From positions 105,967 to 169,966 of IMG/VR virus record IMGVR_UViG_3300047089_000244: a DNA stretch of 64,000 bases; one strand, written 5' to 3'. The position numbers were made by a program, and so were the translations under genes. Positions 20,154-30,504 of this stretch are shown here, one piece after another. Source of the DNA: a virus. Every line of letters starts with the position of its first letter. Position 1 is the stretch's first letter. The notes under the pieces are model-generated. The model saw nothing but the letters and a program-made list of their open reading frames with translations, did not search any database and was not told where the DNA came from.

Positions 20154-20921
20154 TTAGAAGGGTAGATCATCTTCGGGATGTGGGGTTGGGAAATGAGGAG
20201 CACCATTGTGTGGGTTCATAAAGGGGTTCTCGAACGGCAATTCCTCCAAGAGCTTTTGCCCTGCGTTACTACGAAATGCCGCTACCCCATTATGAGGTCG
20301 GCCTTGTGCATTATGCCATGTTTCTAGAGGCATCTCTTTAACATAGACTGAAGCCATACTTGTGCGATAATTGAGCAACACCAATACCCCTAAGACACCT
20401 CGAAGGCCAAGTTCTGCTGCGGCATTATTCTTTGATTCTCTCTCGTGTACTCGACCAGGAATAAAGCGATGATTCTGCGCATCGAACCCTAGAGTCTTTA
20501 CCTCGATTCCCCATTCCTTGGTAGTGCCATCAAGTGGAGAATTAGCCGCCGCGCCACCCGGATGCCACCACATAATCGGTCCGTAACCCGGAAGTCCATG
20601 TCTGGCTATAAGGTCCTCACCGATCTGTCCTTGCTCTCCCATTGAGAGGCCGATACGAGTTCCACCACCCGCAGAGAAGGACTCTAGATGATCTTCAGGT
20701 GATCCGTGCCACGGTAAATGTGACATGGTGTCATAGGTCGATCTACATTTTGGACAAGTATAATAGCCCGCGTCCTGATGCTCCTGAACTTCTTGCTGCG
20801 CTTCAGGAGAGATGAAGAAGTTACAGCCCGGCTTATAGCACTTCTCATAGCCATCCTTCGCTAGCTCTTCGGCTTCCTCAGGAGAATACGCGCGGGCTCC
20901 ATGTTCATTATCAAGCAGCAT
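20154..20921 (-). CDS. Zn-finger plus PD-(D/E)XK nuclease-like protein
   Basis: CxxxxC/CxxC; GQIGED...LDG...IEVKT. Confidence 0.6.
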   Translation of the reverse strand: MLLDNEHGARAYSPEEAEELAKDGYEKCYKPGCNFFISPEAQQEVQEHQDAGYYTCPKCRSTYDTMSHLPWHGSPEDHLESFSAGGGTRIGLSMGEQGQIGEDLIARHGLPGYGPIMWWHPGGAAANSPLDGTTKEWGIEVKTLGFDAQNHRFIPGRVHERESKNNAAAELGLRGVLGVLVLLNYRTSMASVYVKEMPLETWHNAQGRPHNGVAAFRSNAGQKLLEELPFENPFMNPHNGAPHFPTPHPEDDLPF

Positions 20922-21129
20922 CGATTTCGCGTCTCTTAGCGGTTGCTACAGAAATGGCTAGAATTGGGCCATCGCAATAACTACAAATCGCAACCGGCGC
21001 ATGATATCGCATGGTATAGCTAGGAAGCGCAACAAGAGTGATAGATGGCTTTCTCGCCTTTGCCCATCGCTCCTCACAATTCTCACAGACCTCTCCGGCC
21101 TTCTGAAACTCGAAATTGTCTTTCCTCAT
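20911..21129 (-). CDS. Small Zn-finger protein
   Basis: Two CxxC motifs. Confidence 0.55.
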   Translation of the reverse strand: MRKDNFEFQKAGEVCENCEERWAKARKPSITLVALPSYTMRYHAPVAICSYCDGPILAISVATAKRREIDAA

Positions 21130-21794
21130 TTGTTCTCATTCTTTACCTGTTGCTCGATAACGCCAGCTATCGTTGCATCCTGTAAAGAAGCAAGAAGATG
21201 AGCTAGTTGTGACTGCACAATTAAAGCATATTCAGGCTCTCGCGCAGCGTGAAAAACGCGAGGGGTAATCATAGGGAGAGCACCAGGAACCTCCATATAA
21301 TCTAAAGCAATAACCAAATATGCAGGAGCTTTAGTCAAAGCTTCACCGGCTTGCACAGCCAAATCCTCATATTTATCGGCATCCCCCGGCTCCTTTACAT
21401 CATCTTCCACAACAGACGCGTCAGATGAAGGAGCCTCAATTTGCTGGGTCGATCCTAAAGCACTAAAGATAGACTTGACGAAATTTTCAGTAATCCCTCT
21501 TACCTTATCCTCAATCTCCTCTTGGTTATTCTGTTGCGTTGGATCATCCATCTTGTTCTCCTCTACTGCTTCGAATTGACCCTCCCAGGTCCAACCATCC
21601 TCTTGCCCATTATAGGCCCAATGGTCTTTGTCCCATTCGATTAAGACTTGGGGATATCCATATTTATCTCGTTTGCGCTTTCTGATCCAGCCCTCATTCC
21701 CGACACGGCTGAATCCATTATAAAGACCTGGGTCCACCCCTTCGCGTAGCTTGACGCGCGTGTTGATCATAAATCGCTGCTCGGGCTTATTCAT
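21126..21794 (-). CDS. Hypothetical protein
   Basis: 222-aa ORF. Confidence 0.65.
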   Translation of the reverse strand: MNKPEQRFMINTRVKLREGVDPGLYNGFSRVGNEGWIRKRKRDKYGYPQVLIEWDKDHWAYNGQEDGWTWEGQFEAVEENKMDDPTQQNNQEEIEDKVRGITENFVKSIFSALGSTQQIEAPSSDASVVEDDVKEPGDADKYEDLAVQAGEALTKAPAYLVIALDYMEVPGALPMITPRVFHAAREPEYALIVQSQLAHLLASLQDATIAGVIEQQVKNENK

Positions 21795-21809
21795 GTGACT
21801 ATCTATCCA

Positions 21810-22163
21810 TTATGCTCCCGCTGGTGGATCTTGTAAAGGTTGAGGGTTTGATATACCCGCAGGCTGTGGGATTGTTTGAGAATCGAACACCCGCGCAAGC
21901 TGTGAGCCTGCTTGAGCAACTAACCGGCCCTGCTGAACGATCGCGCCATTGAGCGCATTGATCGCCTTGATTGCTGTATGTGTCAAGAAGAAAACAGCAA
22001 GCCCCGCCCACGCAGTCGTAGCATAGCCGAGGAAGAAACTACCCAACGCCATGCTTGTCAAAGTAATATCCGAAATAATCGCCAGGACCAAACCAAATAC
22101 ATAGTTAAAAGCATAGGCTGGAAATTCCTTGAAGATGGAAAGGATAGTTTGCTGTTCTTTCAT
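21810..22163 (-). CDS. Membrane protein
   Basis: Two TM segments. Confidence 0.6.
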   Translation of the reverse strand: MKEQQTILSIFKEFPAYAFNYVFGLVLAIISDITLTSMALGSFFLGYATTAWAGLAVFFLTHTAIKAINALNGAIVQQGRLVAQAGSQLARVFDSQTIPQPAGISNPQPLQDPPAGA

Positions 22164-22657
22164 GTCGTCGCCCCAATGATCGTAGTAGAAGTGTAATGCT
22201 CATCCAGGATAGCAGAACGCGATTCACGGAACTTAGTCAACATTATATTCTGAGCCTGCAATGGAACAAGCGCTGCACCAGTCCGTTGGGCATTACGATG
22301 CAAGGCTTGAGTGGGGTTATCGAAGAAGATCAAGTGCTTCTCTGCACCGTGGTAATCGGCGAGATCCGAGAGCTTCCAACGCGCCTGATAAGCCAACGAC
22401 GTGGCATCAGCAACAGCATCTTCGCCTTCTTCTAGTATCTCACCCAGATGGCGATGGAACTCAGCGAAAACTTCCCCGTTGCGTTTTGCATCATATGGCT
22501 CTCCCGGCCATTTATACTCACGAATCCGATCGCTACTAACGATTGACCACGGCGAAAAGAATGTTCGCGCCCAGGTAGACTTGCCGCTTCCTGGAATGCC
22601 TGCCAAGATGAACAAGCGAGGATTATGTCGTTCAATAGAGAAATCCATAAATTTCAT
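22160..22657 (-). CDS. P-loop kinase, polynucleotide-kinase-like (AAA_33)
   Basis: GIPGSGKST, SSDRIR, VADAT, RNAQR lid. Confidence 0.85.
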   Translation of the reverse strand: MKFMDFSIERHNPRLFILAGIPGSGKSTWARTFFSPWSIVSSDRIREYKWPGEPYDAKRNGEVFAEFHRHLGEILEEGEDAVADATSLAYQARWKLSDLADYHGAEKHLIFFDNPTQALHRNAQRTGAALVPLQAQNIMLTKFRESRSAILDEHYTSTTIIGATT

Positions 22658-22836
22658 CCTTTAAGTCTTCGAGTTCCATAAGGTGATCGTCATTCTCACA
22701 AATGTCTCGCAAAGCTTGATACCACCGCTCTAGGTCAGAGCGTTCCGGACTAGTGGCCTTAGCCTCTATGAGTTTTGTCGGTTTGTCAGGAAGGCGCTCT
22801 TGCCATTCTTTGCGCGCGTACGCCTCCTCATCAAAG

Positions 22837-23145
22837 CTACTCGTCCTCTGAAATAGGCCCCTGTGTATCGGGTTCATCCTCAGTCTCCTCATCTAATAGG
22901 CCAAGATAACCTGCCAGGGTCATGTGCGATCGATCAAGCTGTTTGGCCAACTGGCTTTCCTGTGGCATTGTCAAACCACGCCGATAGCTGTCGGCTAGAT
23001 CGGTCGCCTGAATATAACTCAACGCCATATTGACGGACCAAAGCGCCTCATGTAGATGGTGCCGCATAACCGGCAAATATTCAGTCGGATCATTCTCAGG
23101 AAGCTTAGGCTCCTCCTCGACCTCTATCTCAGACCCATCGCTCAT
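22837..23145 (-). CDS. Hypothetical protein
   Basis: Coupled ORF. Confidence 0.55.
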   Translation of the reverse strand: MSDGSEIEVEEEPKLPENDPTEYLPVMRHHLHEALWSVNMALSYIQATDLADSYRRGLTMPQESQLAKQLDRSHMTLAGYLGLLDEETEDEPDTQGPISEDE

Positions 23146-23319
23146 AACTCTTCCGCTTCTATAACAGAGGCTCCTGTGTGACCAATAATATTCTGTATAG
23201 CTTGCTCAAGGTTACCTTCAGCCTCGCTCTCAAATATATCGGCGAGACGAAGAATCTTGATAGTTGCTGTGAACTCAACCTCTACCAATTCGTCCTTCTC
23301 TATTCTATCGATGATCGAT

Positions 23320-23631
23320 TCACTCATGAGGGATCTTCCTTTCCGTAGGCTGGATGACTTGTCCGAGGAGTTGAATCCGCGCCTCAGCGTGCTCATCAAA
23401 CTCATCATCAATAGCTTCGGCCTTATCTACGTCTAGGCCATAGCCCTTGTCGAAGATGATCCCCTCCGGGTCCTCGCGAAGATCCCAGACGCCACTCAGA
23501 TGCTCTGAGCCGTCTTCCTCGCTCGTAATCTCAAGGGATAGGCCGAGAGGGTGGAAGAAGCGACGGTTAGCCTCTTGGAGGTATCCGCGCTCGCGGAACT
23601 CCTTGATGTCGATGTATTTGATGTCAGCCAT
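23320..23631 (-). CDS. Hypothetical phage protein
   Basis: EFRERGYLQEANRRFFHPLGL...D.REDPEG. Confidence 0.65.
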   Translation of the reverse strand: MADIKYIDIKEFRERGYLQEANRRFFHPLGLSLEITSEEDGSEHLSGVWDLREDPEGIIFDKGYGLDVDKAEAIDDEFDEHAEARIQLLGQVIQPTERKIPHE

Positions 23632-23646
23632 GGTGGGATTGTAGCA

Positions 23647-23982
23647 CTACAAGCGACCTTCGCGCTCTTCAACCTCGATAGCAGGAGCGTGCATGCGCAA
23701 TCCTTGATCGTCATCCCCCATGAGGCCAGTCAAGGTCAATGGCCATACATCACCATTTTCACCGCGCTTCTTATCCTCGTATGGCTTGACAACGCGCTGG
23801 ATGAAATCCAGCTTTGCGCCTTCCAAGGAACCGAGTATCTCGGCGATCTGCTGATAGCATAGACCCTCGCTCTCAAGATACCCCTTGATGAGTTGCTGAA
23901 TGGCATAGGTTAGCTCTCCCGGACTGGCCGGAGAGTGACCTCGATCCAGTTCTGCCTTTACGTCTGGTGTAATATACGGCAT
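23647..23982 (-). CDS. Hypothetical phage protein (DUF6899-like)
   Basis: MPYI...GELTY...PYEDKK..ENGDV. Confidence 0.65.
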   Translation of the reverse strand: MPYITPDVKAELDRGHSPASPGELTYAIQQLIKGYLESEGLCYQQIAEILGSLEGAKLDFIQRVVKPYEDKKRGENGDVWPLTLTGLMGDDDQGLRMHAPAIEVEEREGRL

Positions 23983-24377
23983 CAGATACCGTGCGCTCTT
24001 TGTAGATCACGACGCGACACTTTCTTGAGGCTCGGGTAATGAACGATCTCTAGGCCCAAGAGACGACCGAAGTACGTCTCCAGTTTTGCCCCTTTGGAAT
24101 ACTGCCATCCGGGCAGAACCGCAATGCCTTCAATACCTGTGTCTCCAATAAGCTTGAGGTCTTCCGACAGAAGCTCAGCCCAAGAACGTACGGACGCGCC
24201 TAGACCATCTTTGGACTTGAGGAGTTGGCGGCGCTCAGCCGGGATATCAAGATCCACCGGCAGAACAGCATCGAAGTCGCGCTCGATCAAGTCCTTTTGG
24301 GCGCTTAGGAACGCTGGAACGTTGAACTGCGGATGACCGCTCATAGGTCCTGCGATGTATATACGATGTGTCTTCAT
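23982..24377 (-). CDS. DUF4406 / nucleoside deoxyribosyltransferase-like protein
   Basis: IYIAGPMSG.PQFN...LPGW..SKGA.LE. Confidence 0.8.
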   Translation of the reverse strand: MKTHRIYIAGPMSGHPQFNVPAFLSAQKDLIERDFDAVLPVDLDIPAERRQLLKSKDGLGASVRSWAELLSEDLKLIGDTGIEGIAVLPGWQYSKGAKLETYFGRLLGLEIVHYPSLKKVSRRDLQRAHGI

Positions 24378-24541
24378 GATACCTCCTAGAGTAGCAGATA
24401 CGATTCTTCGTTATAGCAAAAGCAACGCGTTAGCAACGGCCAACATGATCGTCGCTACGCCTACCTTGTAGTTGTGTTCCGCAAATGCCACAACGCCAAT
24501 AAGCGCGAATGATGCAACGGCGATATAAGTAAAGATCAGTT

Positions 24542-25021
24542 TCACTGACTTACACCATCTGATCCGTCTCTCGTTAGATGCTGGGTGCCACTAATCGATC
24601 CCAACATAGTACCATTCCACCCTTGGCCAACTGGTTTTGTATATGGTGATCGATCATCTTTCTCCGGATACTGCTCCTCAAAGCGCATAAGTGCAAGAAG
24701 ATGAAAGATGGCTGAAGCTAAATGATGACATTGTGTCTCCTCATCAAGTGTCTCATGCTCTTGCCAAAACTTCTTCATGTGTCGCTGTGCCGATGCGTAT
24801 GAAGAAGACCAGACATACCCCTTCTCCCAATTGCGCGCCGCATACTTGAGTGCACCCTTACCATAAAGCTCAGCTACCTTGTCAAGCTGATCCCAAGGTA
24901 GTAAGTCATAGCGCTGGATCTTTTGACCCTTTTCTCCTCCAGTAGCCTCGTCTCTGACACGAATCTCGTCCTTACGGAGGTTATCAAACATTCCTCCATG
25001 ATCCGATCCATCTGCTGGCAT
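24542..25021 (-). CDS. dATP/dGTP diphosphohydrolase-like protein (DUF5664)
   Basis: RYDLLP...GA.KY..RNWEKG...RH...D.ET..HHLA. Confidence 0.8.
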   Translation of the reverse strand: MPADGSDHGGMFDNLRKDEIRVRDEATGGEKGQKIQRYDLLPWDQLDKVAELYGKGALKYAARNWEKGYVWSSSYASAQRHMKKFWQEHETLDEETQCHHLASAIFHLLALMRFEEQYPEKDDRSPYTKPVGQGWNGTMLGSISGTQHLTRDGSDGVSQ

Positions 25022-25347
25022 TATACTGTCTCCTCTTTCATAGTTGTGTAATACCCGACCGAGCGATTCGGGATTAGTTCGCCTCGATTGTTTTCTTTCG
25101 TAGGCGGCTGCGTCAAATCTTCTAGCTGCCGTAACTCCTCGCAGACCCCTCGCTTACTATGCTTCCTGCCGCATAGTTTACACCAGGCAACCGCACGGGT
25201 CTCCTTATGCGACACGGGGTGTAGAGCACGCGCAGCCTTGATCCACCAAGGGATCAAAGGATTCGTGTAGAACTCCTTCTCTTCATCCGCCGCTTGGACC
25301 TTTGCGAAATCCCCTAGAGGAATAATCGGGCTCTTACGTTTCCTCAT
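25021..25347 (-). CDS. Hypothetical protein
   Basis: ORF with CxxC..H motif. Confidence 0.5.
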   Translation of the reverse strand: MRKRKSPIIPLGDFAKVQAADEEKEFYTNPLIPWWIKAARALHPVSHKETRAVAWCKLCGRKHSKRGVCEELRQLEDLTQPPTKENNRGELIPNRSVGYYTTMKEETV

Positions 25348-25564
25348 GTCGTTGCAATACTTATCAGGAGGTTGTGATTCATTGCTACCTCCAGCATAGC
25401 ACCTTCAGCTTCGCACTGAGCAGCGGGGGAAAGTGTCTCGCCCGTCTGATCGTAGAGAACAATACAAACGGCGTTCTTCTTCTGCTGGTAGGTCTGGCGT
25501 AGTTCCTTCTTTTTAGCAGCCATGCTGGCTCCTTGTACTTGACTTTTCGCTCGCTGGACGAGCC

Positions 25565-26887
25565 TTATCGATACTGCTGGTCACGCCATAATAGCGTGCC
25601 GTTTACGTAAGTTGCGTTCTCGATACGGAAGAACCCATCCGGGTGAACCGTAACTGTCGTGAAGCCCTGCTGCCAATCAGGCAGCGGAGTGAAGTTCGGC
25701 CACTTACGTCCCTTAAGTGGCGTCTGATCCACACGACACATGCATCCTGCCTCTGCTGCCGTCAGGGTTGTGATCGCACCATCGATGTCGTGGGTCGTCT
25801 TGTAGATAATCGACTGACGATGCGTATGACCGACGATCACGCTATAGCCCAAGTGTTCGAGAGTAGCGAGCGCGGAAGCACCAGAACCTTGACGAGCAAT
25901 CCATCCATGGCGGACAGCAAGCTTATTGCTAAGATTGATCTGTGCTAGATCATATGCGCCCTTTGGGTCGATATACTCAATACCTAGCTCGTCCAGGCGA
26001 AGCAAGAATGGTAGCCCTAGAGCGACTACTCCCTCCGCCTCCGGTGAATCAGCTTGCTTCGCGCCGTAGAGGGGCTGCATCGATGGCTTGTCAAGCAGAA
26101 TGTTGCGCAAGCGCTCATCGTGATTGCCCGCAAGCTTCCTCATGCGAGCATTTGGTGCTGCTGTACGAATACCACGCAGTAAGTTGTATCCACTCTGCGT
26201 ACACTCATTAACGGTGGCGGTGTTCTCTGGGTCCAGTCGATGTCGGCTGATCTCAGGATAATCCACTGTGTCGCCAAGCAATGCAATCTCATCCGGGTCG
26301 TTCTCTTCGAGCCAAGCACAAGAGAGATAGTAAAGATTCTCGTCATAGAAGGGGGCCTGTTGGTCGCCCATAACAACAATGAGTTTGGTACCTTTGGTTG
26401 AAGCCCTATGGCGTGGAGGGGCTATCCAACCATCAGACCGCGCGGGGATAAGCTGTAGCTCGGGGTGCTTGCGTCTAAGGTTGAGCTTCGCCTGATGGTA
26501 AGTAACCATACCTTCCTCAGCGCTCGGTCCATCCCACTCGTTGATCGTGGCGCTGTCAATGACCCATTCCTCCGGGTCAAGCCCGCGCTCGCGGAGCATC
26601 GCATCGGGATCATCCATCGGGTTAGTCCTGTGAGCGGAAGAGGTAACCTCGCCCTCGTCCCCCGTGATCTTATAGCCAGCGTTAGCGGCTTTGTTGTTGA
26701 CCTCCAGACCGTGCCGTTTGCGAAACCGGCGAATCGACCCCTCGGTTGATTCAACTCGATACTCTGATGCCCAGAGCGCCTTAACTACAGAAGCATTCGT
26801 CTCTCCTCGACCAATCAGATCTTTGACGAAACCAACGATCGGCTCCTGATCAAGCGGACTTTGTTTCTGTGTCGTCTGTTGGGTCAC
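25565..26887 (-). CDS. Calcineurin-like metallophosphoesterase
   Basis: GDQQ, LGD..D, GNHDER, HG and GHTH motifs. Confidence 0.85.
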   Translation of the reverse strand: MTQQTTQKQSPLDQEPIVGFVKDLIGRGETNASVVKALWASEYRVESTEGSIRRFRKRHGLEVNNKAANAGYKITGDEGEVTSSAHRTNPMDDPDAMLRERGLDPEEWVIDSATINEWDGPSAEEGMVTYHQAKLNLRRKHPELQLIPARSDGWIAPPRHRASTKGTKLIVVMGDQQAPFYDENLYYLSCAWLEENDPDEIALLGDTVDYPEISRHRLDPENTATVNECTQSGYNLLRGIRTAAPNARMRKLAGNHDERLRNILLDKPSMQPLYGAKQADSPEAEGVVALGLPFLLRLDELGIEYIDPKGAYDLAQINLSNKLAVRHGWIARQGSGASALATLEHLGYSVIVGHTHRQSIIYKTTHDIDGAITTLTAAEAGCMCRVDQTPLKGRKWPNFTPLPDWQQGFTTVTVHPDGFFRIENATYVNGTLLWRDQQYR

Positions 26888-29435
26888 TCTTATCCTTTGA
26901 ATCGAGGTCTATATCGTAATCGATATCTGCGTGCAAATCGTCAATGATCGAATACTTCTTCGATTGTTCAATGAGAATACGGCTCTTGGTTGGAGTTTCC
27001 ATAATGATCTCATCGTTACTTGCTGTCTTCTGAAGCTCTTGGTTTCTCTTTAGTATGAATTCCTCGTCTGGCTTTGCCAGTGTAGCATCCGTCTTTGTTT
27101 CAGTGACGGAGGTCGTCAGTGTAGCAGCTATCTCATCCGCCACTTGCCTCTGGTACGTAGCCGCATACTTTGGCCACTCAACGTAAAGATCACCAATGGC
27201 CTTACGTGAGATTTTCTCTAGATCCCCTCCGTGGTAGCTGTCCTCCAGATAATCTACGAATGGCAGACCGAGATCCGGGTACTCATCAAGGAACTTGTCT
27301 AGCTCTGAACCCTCTGCCACACTTAGGCGCGTAGTACCATCGTTGGACGTGTTGTAGGTCAGTCCAGGACGACGCTCGTTACTCACTTGTGGTACGGAAC
27401 CCGCTGGACCCGGCTGCATCGGGGACGTTGCTGGTGGTCCGCCCCCTGGAGGCGCTGTACCCGGTCCTGATCCCAAACCTGGGGGTGCAGGCGGCATAAC
27501 GATAGCTTCGCCTCCTGGGCCTGCTCCTGGACCTCCTGGAGGACCTCCTGCACCAGGACCGCCCGGTGGTGGCCCACCCATGCCCTGTGTGGCCCCTTGC
27601 GGTGCTCCGCCACCTGCACCAGGACCGTGGATAAGCACAGACTCACACTCGGCCTTAAGATCGAGCGGTACCGGCAAACCTTTGATCGTGAGCGCGTAGT
27701 AGGTCTCCATCTTCGCTTCCTGCTGCGCGATCGTCTGCTCCTTCAACTCGGTGTTATACTCATTGATCTTGTCCTTGTACTTCCAGTCCACACCAATGAG
27801 CAAATCTGCATTTGGCAGCGGTACACCCATCTGACGTAGCTCCATGAGGAACTGACGCTCAGTTGCCTCATCGCGTAGGTCAAAGGTTGCGAAGGTAAGA
27901 TCCGGTACGAGAAGCTTCGGAACCTCCTTAATTTCCTTGTTGCCTTCGTCGTCATATACCACAACGCGCTCGAAAATCGGTACGCGAGTCTGACCCTTTT
28001 TCTCATAGTCCTGATGACCTTGTGCCTCAGCGACAACAAGAGCACGCTCACGGTAGTGAGCCTTGAGCATGTTCTGGAACGTCTTAAGAATCTGGTTCAT
28101 GAACTCAGCTTGGAGCGCGCTCGATGCATATGGCTGCGAATTCGAACCAGCAGATAGGAGAGACGGGTTGACGCCAAAGACCTGCATGATGCGACGCTCG
28201 ATGCGATCGAAATCATCACCAAGACGGGGCATCTGCTCCCGCCCGAAGACTGACGTGATGTCGAGACCGAAGTGATGCACCATGAGACGGAAGTCAGATG
28301 CAAGCGCAATATCAAGATCATCACGCACAGACTCAAGCTCGGCAGGCGTCGGAATCCATGGAGGTAGACCCTCGCCCATGTCCATGATACCGAGCTTGGC
28401 TAGAATGAGCGGTGAATACAAACGCTCAGCAATAGCTTCCTGAGATGCGAGAAGCTTTTCCTCATAGAGGAGCGTACGCAGGCCGCGCAGAAGGATCGGC
28501 GTGCCGTGATCATCCCAGTTGTTCATCTTGTTAGCAACCTGACGGATCATCACTGGAGAGATAGGGATATGCTCGCCCTTGAGTAAATATGGAATGAGAT
28601 CCGCGTAATTCTCCTGGAGCATGTACCACTCGCGTGCAGGGCTCTTGGTCTGAGCGATGCGACGCAGGTAATCGGGCGGAACGATCTTCAACTGCTGTGT
28701 GTTGAGGAATGGGAAGTTGTCAATCACCACGTCCTCCGGGTTAATCAACTCCTCATGCTCCCAGACGCCGAGATCCTCATCAAACGAACCGAGAGGAAAT
28801 GCCTCGCCAACACACCAATACTCGCGACCCAGCGAGACGAAGAACTCGTCATAGCTGAGGTTACGCATGAAAATCTCCTCATAGATATCTGTCAGCGCGT
28901 GATCCTTGCATTCAAACTCCATGCCGATAAGTGGAAAGCGTGTGAAAATGTCGATCAGCGTCGGAACTAGATAATGGGTGGCGTAGTACAGGCGCAGCCA
29001 CTTGTGAAGCTTGTGTCGATGTCCCTCGTCTGCGACGTTCCACGGGAGGCCCGAAAGGTCCCAATACTCAAGGGGATCATAGAAGCGCGGGATCGCGTTC
29101 TGCGCATCAGTGCCGCTCGGAGAGACGCTAGCTGCTGTGCGCTGCATTCGTCTTGAAAGAGTGCGTTTCTCACCCATAGCCTGAATCTTGGACTGGTTCT
29201 CCTTGAGCATACGCTGAACCTCCGGAGAATTCAAGTTATCTGCCGTGATCGATTTACCGACGCTATATGACAAATTATCTAGACTTACTCCAGCGGCCTT
29301 CTGAATCGCGCGTGTTTGTGTTACCGCCTCTCCGTATGACTGCGCAGCCCGACCAGAGTGACGTGGCATAACAAGTCCATTACGACGCAGCCGCGCCAAC
29401 TCTGCATCCAATTTTTGCTGATCAAGATCGGCCAT
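26850..29435 (-). CDS. Portal protein with long G/P-rich C-terminal extension
   Basis: IDIFTRFP, GEAF, HGTPILLR.LR.L..E..L and IMQVFGV..SLL portal-like core; near terminase. Confidence 0.75.
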   Translation of the reverse strand: MADLDQQKLDAELARLRRNGLVMPRHSGRAAQSYGEAVTQTRAIQKAAGVSLDNLSYSVGKSITADNLNSPEVQRMLKENQSKIQAMGEKRTLSRRMQRTAASVSPSGTDAQNAIPRFYDPLEYWDLSGLPWNVADEGHRHKLHKWLRLYYATHYLVPTLIDIFTRFPLIGMEFECKDHALTDIYEEIFMRNLSYDEFFVSLGREYWCVGEAFPLGSFDEDLGVWEHEELINPEDVVIDNFPFLNTQQLKIVPPDYLRRIAQTKSPAREWYMLQENYADLIPYLLKGEHIPISPVMIRQVANKMNNWDDHGTPILLRGLRTLLYEEKLLASQEAIAERLYSPLILAKLGIMDMGEGLPPWIPTPAELESVRDDLDIALASDFRLMVHHFGLDITSVFGREQMPRLGDDFDRIERRIMQVFGVNPSLLSAGSNSQPYASSALQAEFMNQILKTFQNMLKAHYRERALVVAEAQGHQDYEKKGQTRVPIFERVVVYDDEGNKEIKEVPKLLVPDLTFATFDLRDEATERQFLMELRQMGVPLPNADLLIGVDWKYKDKINEYNTELKEQTIAQQEAKMETYYALTIKGLPVPLDLKAECESVLIHGPGAGGGAPQGATQGMGGPPPGGPGAGGPPGGPGAGPGGEAIVMPPAPPGLGSGPGTAPPGGGPPATSPMQPGPAGSVPQVSNERRPGLTYNTSNDGTTRLSVAEGSELDKFLDEYPDLGLPFVDYLEDSYHGGDLEKISRKAIGDLYVEWPKYAATYQRQVADEIAATLTTSVTETKTDATLAKPDEEFILKRNQELQKTASNDEIIMETPTKSRILIEQSKKYSIIDDLHADIDYDIDLDSKDKSDPTDDTETKSA

Positions 29436-29487
29436 TACTCTTTATCTCTTTGATCGACTCCTGAATGGAGCCCATCCGAGATTTACA

Positions 29488-30504
29488 CTATAACAGATGA
29501 GAAACGCGCTTGATGGTGGCGACTGAGATAAACCCGTCTCTGTCAGCGCTTCCTGCAACTTCTTTGTGTTTGCGTTTAGTGCATTCACCGCAAACACCAT
29601 GTGTGTTAGATACCATAGCTTCAACCGGATTCATTGGTTTACCACAATCCTGGCACTTCTCTTCATCGGCAGCAACCTTGCTGTTTACAACAGGAATTTG
29701 TACACCCTCGGTGTTTTGACCTTCCTGTGTTCGTTTCATCATTTCACCCTGTTTTTCCTGTGCTGCCGCCATTGCCGCTTGCGGGGCTGCTCCCTGTGCC
29801 ACAGCACGTTGATAGGTGTACTGGGCAGCAGGGTGCATACTCTCAACTTCACCCTCATATGCACCCGGATTGTAAGGAAGAGCCGTTTCTTTCTGCTCAT
29901 AAGGAACACCCTGAGGTGGCATAGATATCTCAGCCACCTTCGCCTGAGCCATGATTGCTTCCTCGTGCCCACAGTTAGGGCACATAGCTCCGCGTTGTCC
30001 ATTGAATGCCTGCATACCATGACCACACTGACGACAAGGCTGCACAGCGCCCCATCCTTGCTCCGCCTCATTCGGGTGCGTATGTTGTTCGACTAGAGGA
30101 GCAAATTGCTGCTCCGGGAAAATCGGGGAGGCCGTATGTACAGAACCCATAACGCCCTCCCAGCGAATCGGTTGCTGTTTGTTACCGCAATGCGGGCAAT
30201 TTAACCGATGCTCAACGACAAACGGAGCAAGAGAAGCACCACAATGTGTACAAGGGGCCGTCTTTGGGTCTGCGGATGGAGGTACGATCAAATCTGGATT
30301 TTGCTGCGCCGGAATTGACAATACGTCTGCGGTCTTGCTTTCAAGTGCGTCGAGTACGCTCGCGCCCTTGCTCCCGTGACAATCAGAGCAGTCACAGGTG
30401 CCCTTGCAATCCTCGCAGTTACCTTCGCAACATGCTGCACAAGTATGAGACTTACCCGATGCAAGCCATTCATCGCGTGTGGCTTTTTCGAAACGGAGAG
30501 GCAT
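29488..30504 (-). CDS. Multi-Zn-ribbon head-region protein
   Basis: Four Cys clusters separated by KTA/HTA/KVA motifs. Confidence 0.65.
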   Translation of the reverse strand: MPLRFEKATRDEWLASGKSHTCAACCEGNCEDCKGTCDCSDCHGSKGASVLDALESKTADVLSIPAQQNPDLIVPPSADPKTAPCTHCGASLAPFVVEHRLNCPHCGNKQQPIRWEGVMGSVHTASPIFPEQQFAPLVEQHTHPNEAEQGWGAVQPCRQCGHGMQAFNGQRGAMCPNCGHEEAIMAQAKVAEISMPPQGVPYEQKETALPYNPGAYEGEVESMHPAAQYTYQRAVAQGAAPQAAMAAAQEKQGEMMKRTQEGQNTEGVQIPVVNSKVAADEEKCQDCGKPMNPVEAMVSNTHGVCGECTKRKHKEVAGSADRDGFISVATIKRVSHLL

